Positions 48,882 to 56,405 of a DNA stretch of 64,000 nt are shown one piece after another. The position numbers and the translations under genes were made by a program. The notes beneath the pieces are model-generated. The model ran no database searches, was not told where the DNA came from, and saw nothing but the letters and a program-made list of their open reading frames with translations. Source of the DNA: a virus; the IMG/VR virus record IMGVR_UViG_3300032334_001950, positions 1-64,000 of that record. One strand, given 5' to 3'. Position 1 is the stretch's first letter. Each line of letters opens with the position of its first letter.

Positions 48882-49508
48882 ATGCGCCCACAACGTGGTG
48901 GCCAACAGCCGCAGGGTTATCAAAACGTTACTCAGGCCCCTGCTGGTTACATGCAGTCAATGGGGCAACAGCCTGGTGGGGGCGCAGCTCATATGGCTGC
49001 ACAATATGGCGCCCCAGGGGGCGGCATTCTGGGCCAGGTTTCACAATTCCTAGCTCAACCCATCGCTGCAGCACAGCTTGGCGCTTACGGTCAAACAAAT
49101 TCTCCCTCAGCAGGGAATGCTGTTAGTTACGCAAATACTGCGCACGATCCTGCACTGCAGCGGATGTCTGGCCCTAGCAATCAAGGCATCTCTTTGACAA
49201 ACGCGGGGGCGGCACCTCCGGGCGGCCCAGCTGGAGCCGTACCTATTATGGGGCAAGGCGGCGTCATGCCCGATAACCTACAAGCGGGTTACTTGCACCT
49301 CAACATGCCAGGTTCCCCGCTGGGCTCTATGGGCCTACTCTCAAATAATGCAACCCGTCGAGCCGAGATTGTTCAGGATGCTATCTTAAGCAACCAACAA
49401 CAATATATGATGGGGGCAATGGCGCCTCATGGTCCCCTACCTATAACTCAAATGCAACAGCAAATGATGATGCAACAACAAATGGCCGCACGAGGGCAGC
49501 GTCGATGA
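48882..49508 (+). CDS. Gln/Gly/Met-rich putative virion protein
   Basis: 208-aa ORF in head cluster. Confidence 0.6.
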   Translation: MRPQRGGQQPQGYQNVTQAPAGYMQSMGQQPGGGAAHMAAQYGAPGGGILGQVSQFLAQPIAAAQLGAYGQTNSPSAGNAVSYANTAHDPALQRMSGPSNQGISLTNAGAAPPGGPAGAVPIMGQGGVMPDNLQAGYLHLNMPGSPLGSMGLLSNNATRRAEIVQDAILSNQQQYMMGAMAPHGPLPITQMQQQMMMQQQMAARGQRR

Positions 49509-49804
49509 ATACCGACAAAGCAAAAGCTGCCAGGGATAAAGCAAAAATTGCATCTGGCAAAAAAGCCCCGCAGAAGAAGGCAACCACCCCAACTGCAGCG
49601 GCAGCAGAAAAGCATCCGGAAGTGGCTGCAGCACTTGCACGCAATGCACTTTTATCTGGTGGTATTGCGCCAGAAAGTGCTGGCATTGGCCTTGGTCATT
49701 CTGCCGACCTTCAACCCGCAGATGGTGTAGTCAACCCATTCCATAGGATGGGGCCGATCAATCCGAACACCTATAATCCCGGCAACGTGATCGGCGGTTT
49801 CTGA
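49505..49804 (+). CDS. hypothetical protein
   Basis: ATGA-coupled 99-aa ORF. Confidence 0.6.
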   Translation: MNTDKAKAARDKAKIASGKKAPQKKATTPTAAAAEKHPEVAAALARNALLSGGIAPESAGIGLGHSADLQPADGVVNPFHRMGPINPNTYNPGNVIGGF

Positions 49805-49968
49805 TTTTCTTATTAACAGGCGTAAGTAAGCCCCTGCTATAATTTTTGCAATGGGACGAAAGTTCCAGGCCAGTAATGGCGCGAACCTAGACAACTAGAT
49901 TTAAGTCCATTACGTCCTGGATCTTTTGGGTCCAGGTGTCAGCTAAACCCTTACGCTGAATTACCAAC

Positions 49969-52236
49969 ATGTTTATTGATAATGACTTTCCTAAGCTGTT
50001 AGGTGCGGAGCTTTATCGCCCCCACCCGGCTTACATCGTCGAAATGGCCGCAGAACCGGTTGAATAACAGCCGCCTTTTTGAGTAATCAAAAAGTGATAA
50101 CCCGGTGAATTGCTGGAAACCCTTCTAAAAGAATTGAACCCTACAACGTAATCAGTAATGATAAGCGTGATAGGTTGAAAAGTTTCAATTGTCGGGCAAT
50201 CAGCAGCCAAGCTTCCTAGGAATAGGTGGAAGGTTCAACGACTAGGGTACACGATCCAGAACGGATTATGAAACCCATTAGCGCCGGGGCTCCCAAAATT
50301 GAATGTAATTTTTAAATTTACGTTCAATGGCAAAATCAGAATTCTGGTAAATAGCTTGTATTGCCTTGGCATCTTTTTTGTATCCGGGCAAATGAAACAA
50401 GTTGCTACCATTTTTGGTAAATTCTGATTTGATCGGCAACTCTACGCTTGATATTAATTTGATCCATGTTTGGAGTTGTACAGCAAATTTGATTGACGCG
50501 GTGGTGATTTTAAAGCGGCGATCTGTTACAGAACCGTCGCCATCCCAAGCCCCACGCAAAAAATGAGGCACTAAGTTTTCTTGCAGTGTTGTCGTGATCT
50601 CTAAAGTTTTAGATTTATTGGGTAAAATACCCAATTTCATCAAATCTTTAACCAAGGCAACTCTACTTAAAACCAATGACTTTTGTGGTAATGATTTTTT
50701 ACCACGTATTGTTGAAATCTTGGTTTGCAATTTTGGGGCATTTGAGCCCAGCTCGTTGCGAAATCTTTCAAGAATTAAACAATCCTCTTCTTTTAATGCG
50801 ATGCGAGCAGCCGTCAATCTAGGATTAATATTTCCATCGGTTGCCAATAGACCAAGAAAATAAGCCTTTCCTTCTGTATCAATTTTTTCAAAATAACGCT
50901 CGTTGTAATTGAAAAAAGAGTAAGTTTCGCCGGCTTTATTTTTTCTAAGCCCCGTCTGCTCAAAAAAAGATAGAAGGTTGAATTTTTTTCTGGCATTGTA
51001 AAAAGCAACCATTGATATATTTAGTTCTTTTGCTGCATCAGCATCAGACATCGTAGCAGAAAGTTCTGCTACCACTTCAAATGAAAGATTTAAGCGATTG
51101 TGCCGAGCCATGGGGAGCGTGATATAGTCTGTGCCCCACCGATGACAAAGGTGGGGAACAATGGATTGGGAAGCTCAATCCTAGCACGTGTTGTTCATGA
51201 CTTCACCAAACAGCCTGGCCAAACCGTTCAGCTGGACCGGTACCGTTTCTGGGGTAACCCCGGTACCAAGGCCAACCGTGAGCGTACCCAGGACCAGACC
51301 ATTGGTACCGCTAACAGCCGTTCCATTGTGAAGGACAAAGTTCTGGTGTCTCTCCGCGAGTACACTGGTCCTGCCGACCCGAACAATGCCAACGCTCCCA
51401 GCACCTTTAAGATTGCTCGGGAAACGCTGATGACCGCTCAGCGCTTGCTGCTGGACACCGGGAACCTTAACATGTTCCACCAGTCCATTGGTTCGCTGAC
51501 CCTGCTGGATGACTACCGCCGCTGGCGTGATCGCGTGCTGCTGGACGAACTGTATAAGTCCTTCTCACGCGGCCAAGCCTCCGATACCCAAGGTGGTTAC
51601 TACTACCCCAACAACCACACCAACTCCAGTGGTACCGTTAGCACCTACACTGCTACCGAATATGCTTCTGAGCGTTACAAGTTTAACGTGAAGAGCGACC
51701 TTCTGGAAGTTGTCAAAGGTCTGCGTAAGCGTAACGTTCCCGTCTTCCAAGATGGTTACTACCGCTGTATTGCTGATCCCTCCTTCATGAAGGATCTGCG
51801 TGCGGACCAAGGCTTCCGTGAAGTTGCGCGTTACCCTGGCATGGGCCAAGGCAACCCCATGATGGGCGCCATGGGTCCCAACCAAGCCATCTACGGTGGT
51901 GGTCAATACGGCCAAGCTGCTTTTGTGGCTGGTGAACCGATCATGCCTACCGGCTTTGTGTTTGAAGGTGTTCGTTTCTTCGAATCGACCAACTTCACCA
52001 ACCTGACCGTCACCTGCGACATCAACGATGGCGCTGGTTCCACGACCCACACCACGCCTCCCGGCCTGTTCTTCGGTCCCCAGGCTGTTGGTATCGGTAT
52101 CGGCGGCCCCAATGCTCAAGTCCTCATTAACAACAACGACGACTTCAGCCGCTTTATCATCCTGATTTGGCAGCTGTACGCCGGTTTTGCTAACCTGAAC
52201 AAGGACTTCTGCACCGTCGCATTCACCATCGTTTGA
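49969..52236 (+). CDS. major capsid protein, join(49969..50060,51189..52236), 379 aa
   Basis: Exon 1 MFIDNDFPKLLGAELYRPHPAYIVEMAAEP joins in frame to VVVHDFTKQPGQTV; G.FEGVRFFES motif; strongly biased codon use. Confidence 0.88.
50061..51188 (+). mobile_element. group I intron
   Basis: 5' exon ends in U (P1 CGGU/GCCG), terminal G, P AATTGCTGGAAAC, Q AATCAGCAG, R GTTCAACGACTA, S GATATAGTCT, P3 CCCGGTG/CGCCGGG, P8 GCTCCC/GGGAGC, 9-bp P10. Confidence 0.93.
50278..51111 (-). CDS. LAGLIDADG homing endonuclease, antisense to intron
   Basis: Two motifs YFLGLLATDGNI and HFLRGAWDGDGSV; N-terminal HTH-like segment; AT-rich. Confidence 0.9.
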   Translation of the reverse strand: MARHNRLNLSFEVVAELSATMSDADAAKELNISMVAFYNARKKFNLLSFFEQTGLRKNKAGETYSFFNYNERYFEKIDTEGKAYFLGLLATDGNINPRLTAARIALKEEDCLILERFRNELGSNAPKLQTKISTIRGKKSLPQKSLVLSRVALVKDLMKLGILPNKSKTLEITTTLQENLVPHFLRGAWDGDGSVTDRRFKITTASIKFAVQLQTWIKLISSVELPIKSEFTKNGSNLFHLPGYKKDAKAIQAIYQNSDFAIERKFKNYIQFWEPRR

Positions 52237-52253
52237 TAGGAGGTAACTAACTC

Positions 52254-53108
52254 ATGGCTCTCTACAAAACTAATGCTGGCGCCGTACTTTACCCCGGCGA
52301 TCAGATTAACCGCCTGTCTGGCTACAACAACGAAGGTGTCTTTGGTTGGCCTGGTATTGAGGCGTATGAAATCGTTGGTTACGTGCCCATCTCAAGCAGC
52401 ACGGCAGCCAAGACTTTCACGACCATTACCGTCCCTTCACCCGATCGTCGTACTGATGACCGCGTGCGTGACAACCTGAGTGCGATCACTGTGCCTGCTT
52501 CCAGCAGCCAGCCTTCGTACATCTATGGTGCTTCTATTGCTATTGCTCAGGACATTCCTTCTGGCTCTGGTAATGGCGCCCTGCCTGGCTTCCCTGGCGT
52601 GCCTGTGACTGCTGATCTCGTTGGCACCACTAGCGACCTGCTGCTGTTTGGCCCTGATAACTCCGGCGTCCCCGCTGGTGTTTCTACCGCCAACAAAGCA
52701 CTTGGTATCGGTAACGCTGTTGCCTACCTGACTGTTGCTTCTAGCGCCCTGACCCAGGGTACTAATGCGCTGTCCAACGGTAACGCCACCGCCGGCTCGC
52801 TGCCTTTCGCCAGCTCCGTGACCTCTGGTGGTATTCTTGCTGCGGATTTCTACAGCTCGATGTTCTACAAGGTCACCGCTGATACCACCTTCGGTGTGTA
52901 CAGCGTGCTGACGGCTGCCGCCACGACCGCCAACGGTTCCGGCGTTAACATCAGCGCTGCCAACGTAACCGCCAACAAAACCGGTTACATTGTGTGCCGC
53001 ATCAACTATCTGCGTCCTGCCGATGCTGCTAGCTGGACTGACATCCAGGGCTTCATCGACTTCAAGTCGCAGATTGGTGGTGATGACGGTGCCGGCGTGA
53101 ACGGCTGA
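52254..53108 (+). CDS. abundant structural protein (capsid decoration or minor capsid)
   Basis: AGGAGG ribosome-binding site, follows MCP, same codon bias. Confidence 0.7.
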   Translation: MALYKTNAGAVLYPGDQINRLSGYNNEGVFGWPGIEAYEIVGYVPISSSTAAKTFTTITVPSPDRRTDDRVRDNLSAITVPASSSQPSYIYGASIAIAQDIPSGSGNGALPGFPGVPVTADLVGTTSDLLLFGPDNSGVPAGVSTANKALGIGNAVAYLTVASSALTQGTNALSNGNATAGSLPFASSVTSGGILAADFYSSMFYKVTADTTFGVYSVLTAAATTANGSGVNISAANVTANKTGYIVCRINYLRPADAASWTDIQGFIDFKSQIGGDDGAGVNG

Positions 53109-53155
53109 TAAAGGTTAAGTCAGTTAATGTACTGGTAGTTGCATTCAAACCTTAA

Positions 53156-53596
53156 ATGCTTTACCAGTACAAGCTGACGGGCGGTCTCGTTGAAGTCCTT
53201 TCGGATTATGGTGACGGGATCGTAATGTGCGTCGATGCGCAGGACGAGGTTCATTATCTTGAAAAAGAGAACCTCGTCCCGCATCTTTCCGCAACCAACG
53301 AAAAAGAACGTAACACGGAACGGTTGCGTGAAGTATTGAAAGAAGATGGCGTTAATCCCCCTGAGCCATCAAATAAGGAAACTTTTCCTTTGGATGTTCG
53401 GTTGAACATTAATACTGCCAGCGCCAGGCAAATTGCAGATACATTGCCAGGTGTTGGTCTTAAAACAGCACGCGATATTAAAGACTTACAAACATCGATG
53501 CCTGGCGAAAAATTTGTACGCCTAGATCAACTCAAAAGCATCAAGCGAGTAGACTGGGATGAGATTATCAAAGAGAACTTAGTTCGCGTTGAATAA
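53156..53596 (+). CDS. helix-hairpin-helix (ComEA-like) DNA-binding protein
   Basis: LNINTASARQI..LPGVG.KTA..I. Confidence 0.8.
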   Translation: MLYQYKLTGGLVEVLSDYGDGIVMCVDAQDEVHYLEKENLVPHLSATNEKERNTERLREVLKEDGVNPPEPSNKETFPLDVRLNINTASARQIADTLPGVGLKTARDIKDLQTSMPGEKFVRLDQLKSIKRVDWDEIIKENLVRVE

Positions 53597-54075
53597 TGCA
53601 ACTTGACACCTTCTACCAGTCAAAAGTACGCTGGCACCTGGGGTATAACATTACCTCGGTGCCGGCTGGCGACCAAGCTCGGCTGGCAGAAGCATTAAAC
53701 AACATTCAAGATTCTTTTTGGTATAGCAAGATTGTAGAGCAAATTGGTCGGTGTGATGAAGCGGAAAAGCGCACCGACATGACAGGTAGCGTCAATAATA
53801 CCGAAGTCCCTAAGGGGCGGTTGGAGAATATTGCCGGTGACGTGACACGAACAATCAGCACCACGGACTTTAAGGATACCTTGAAGACGTGGATTCAAAT
53901 TTACATGTTCGAAACCGATAGGTTGGCGTTGCATCTTTACGTGCCAAACTATCGCAATCCTGAACAGGCACGTTATCGTTTTGAACGAGAAGGTGCAGAG
54001 TTTATCCAGGCATTGCCAGGCCCTGCGGACGTTTCAATTGGTACACGTATCCGCTTCATGGAGGAGCTTCGTTAA
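53596..54075 (+). CDS. head-to-tail adaptor (putative)
   Basis: KVRWHLGY N-terminus; position after MCP. Confidence 0.55.
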   Translation: MQLDTFYQSKVRWHLGYNITSVPAGDQARLAEALNNIQDSFWYSKIVEQIGRCDEAEKRTDMTGSVNNTEVPKGRLENIAGDVTRTISTTDFKDTLKTWIQIYMFETDRLALHLYVPNYRNPEQARYRFEREGAEFIQALPGPADVSIGTRIRFMEELR

Positions 54076-54077
54076 TC

Positions 54078-54821
54078 ATGGCGTCAAACATTGGTACATT
54101 ACAACAGGCTGATCGTCAAGCAATCTTTAATTCTGCGCAAAGATTGGGCGTCGATCCTTATCAATTGGGTGCAGTCATAAATCAAGAATCTGGTTTCCGT
54201 CCTAATCAATATGGGGGGGCCAACGGGAAGTATTATGGGCTTATTCAATTTGGCCCAGATGAGCAGAAACAATACCTTGACCAAAAACAAATGAATCACT
54301 ATTCAATTGCTGCGCAAATGCCAGCAGTTGAAAATTATTTAACGGGCAGAGGTTATAAACCTGGTATGGGGGTGGCAAAGCTTTATGCAACAATATTGGG
54401 AGGCAATCCAGGCGTTTCTTTAACAGCAAAAGATGCTTTTGGTACCTCGGTGGCAAGTTCTTTGCCAGGATTTCAGCCCGGTGGTGCATCTTATAAACAA
54501 GCGCAAGCTGCATTAGGAGGTGCTCTGCCAAGTAATGCCGAAAATTTCCCAACACAGCCAGGTACCTCAGCATTAACTGCGCCCCCCTCTTTTTCTCCTT
54601 CCCCTGTCCCCACCGATTTTTTAAATACATTTGTCAATAATTTGCTTGTCAAACCGGAAAAGGGTGATGATGGATTTGGTGGACTCACGCAGCCTATCGT
54701 TTCAGGTGCTACAGCTCCCATGTTAGTTCTTGATCCCGCTACACAACGCATGGTTGCTACAACACCGTTAACTATGACGCCGGAGTATCAAGCATTTGCA
54801 AGCCGTTTCATTGCAGGCTAA
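54078..54821 (+). CDS. virion lytic transglycosylase (SLT-like)
   Basis: AVINQESGFRP...YGLIQF. Confidence 0.85.
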   Translation: MASNIGTLQQADRQAIFNSAQRLGVDPYQLGAVINQESGFRPNQYGGANGKYYGLIQFGPDEQKQYLDQKQMNHYSIAAQMPAVENYLTGRGYKPGMGVAKLYATILGGNPGVSLTAKDAFGTSVASSLPGFQPGGASYKQAQAALGGALPSNAENFPTQPGTSALTAPPSFSPSPVPTDFLNTFVNNLLVKPEKGDDGFGGLTQPIVSGATAPMLVLDPATQRMVATTPLTMTPEYQAFASRFIAG

Positions 54822-54863
54822 TAGAGGATGCACTTATAGTAGTAAAAGCAAATAATTAAGATT

Positions 54864-55130
54864 ATGGGGCAATCTAATAGGGCTGGGGCCGTATCCAGTA
54901 GTTCATCACTGCCTTCACAGCAGATTTCCAAAAGAGTTTCTACCGCAGCGCCCTTAAGCATCGTTTCAGCTTTGCCATTACCGGAAACACAAAAACAAGC
55001 TGCCCAATTATTAGAATCCACTGCAGATCTGGGTAGCGCGGATACAATTAGGATGGCTGGAGAATTGTACGGGAAAAACCTCCCCGGTGGGTCCAATAAA
55101 TATACGGCGTATGGCGCATCAACCTATTAA
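54864..55130 (+). CDS. small protein with RMAG motif
   Basis: TIRMAGELYG. Confidence 0.6.
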   Translation: MGQSNRAGAVSSSSSLPSQQISKRVSTAAPLSIVSALPLPETQKQAAQLLESTADLGSADTIRMAGELYGKNLPGGSNKYTAYGASTY

Positions 55131-55145
55131 ACAACTTAACCACAA

Positions 55146-55373
55146 ATGGCGCATACTCGCTCTGGTCAAATTCAATCATCTTTTTCAGGTGGAGGCGGTC
55201 GCGGACCGGAAAAACGCACGCGAATGGCCGGCGATAAGCTTCATTTGATCATGGGCGGAGAAGGTGCCAATGTATTCCGAGGCTTACATTTATCCGGGGA
55301 CTATACCCCACTGATGCCGCCAGCACCCCCTGGTACAATTGATATCGGTTCTGCCGAGCAAACACTGCTTTGA
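55146..55373 (+). CDS. small protein with RMAG motif
   Basis: RTRMAGDKL. Confidence 0.6.
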   Translation: MAHTRSGQIQSSFSGGGGRGPEKRTRMAGDKLHLIMGGEGANVFRGLHLSGDYTPLMPPAPPGTIDIGSAEQTLL

Positions 55374-55418
55374 TTGTTAGGACTAAAATACGGATAGCGT
55401 AACCTTTTACTGTTTGTA

Positions 55419-55580
55419 ATGGCTTCAAAAATGCCCCCGGAACTCCTTGCCCATTTTAAGAAAAAAGCAGGGGAAAAAACGGAAGGCCGTGATGAGCCAA
55501 AAGAAAGCGATAAAGAAAAGCGCAGAGAGGCTGTGAAGAAAGCCCGACTTAAACTTGAAGAGCGAAACAAAAAGAAATAA
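55419..55580 (+). CDS. small highly charged protein (53 aa, below cutoff)
   Basis: MASKMPPELLAHFKKK...KKARLKLEERNKKK. Confidence 0.6.
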   Translation: MASKMPPELLAHFKKKAGEKTEGRDEPKESDKEKRREAVKKARLKLEERNKKK

Positions 55581-55625
55581 TTGATTGCGCTACAATACAG
55601 CTAAGAACCCCTGGTCAAGAAGAAC

Positions 55626-56396
55626 GTGTCATCTACAAGCACAAATAAACAGCCTATGATGATTGACCGTCCGTTGCTGGACAGCACGTTGGTGACGGTT
55701 GCATCGGGCCAATCTTTTGCCACAAGCCTTATTCCTACAGCAATTGGTAATGCAACGCAGCTTATTGACGTAAATACTGCGGGTACGGATAATTCCATTA
55801 GCGGTGCATATATTGATGAAATTTGGCTCCAATACAGCCAATTTTCCAATAATTATTTTGCCCCGGTTACCGGCTCTGGGGGCACCTATAATCAAGTTGG
55901 CACTGCTTTAACTGTTACCTACGCTAACCACAACCTCCAGGTTGGTCAAAAAGTGTACTTGGATTACACGACTGGCAGTGGCGTGGATGAAATCCTTACA
56001 GTTACAGCAATCACCGCAAATACGTTCACTGGCGTTAGTGCATCAACACTAACTACCAGCGGCAACGTAACATTCTATCCCCCAACGGACTTTTGTTTTT
56101 ACCTTGTTAACGTAAGCAGTATTACAAGCATTAATCAATTTTTACCTCTTTTCACAGTAAGTATTCCCAGCATTGCGGCAAACGCCAACTATAGTTTGAC
56201 TTTGAATAGTATTTTGCCTTTGGTTAACCAACCTGTTGTGCATAGTGGATCAAATTTTACTAGCGCTAATAGCACCGTATCACCAAAAATGCGTGGGCTG
56301 ATGATTGGTAACGGGTCTGCTTTGTATGCCGCAGTGGGTGGCACCACAGCACTTACAAACGGTTTCTATATCAACTTGCAAGGCGGCTACTATTGA
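55626..56396 (+). CDS. tail structural protein
   Basis: Thr/Ser-rich; VTYANHNLQVGQKV beta-barrel insert. Confidence 0.7.
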   Translation: MSSTSTNKQPMMIDRPLLDSTLVTVASGQSFATSLIPTAIGNATQLIDVNTAGTDNSISGAYIDEIWLQYSQFSNNYFAPVTGSGGTYNQVGTALTVTYANHNLQVGQKVYLDYTTGSGVDEILTVTAITANTFTGVSASTLTTSGNVTFYPPTDFCFYLVNVSSITSINQFLPLFTVSIPSIAANANYSLTLNSILPLVNQPVVHSGSNFTSANSTVSPKMRGLMIGNGSALYAAVGGTTALTNGFYINLQGGYY

Positions 56397-56405
56397 TCAA
56401 TTGCC

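Noticed and set aside
51100-51188. ORF-track start of the capsid protein at 51100
   Set aside because: These codons are intron P8/P7/P9 sequence; the true N-terminus is exon 1 at 49969
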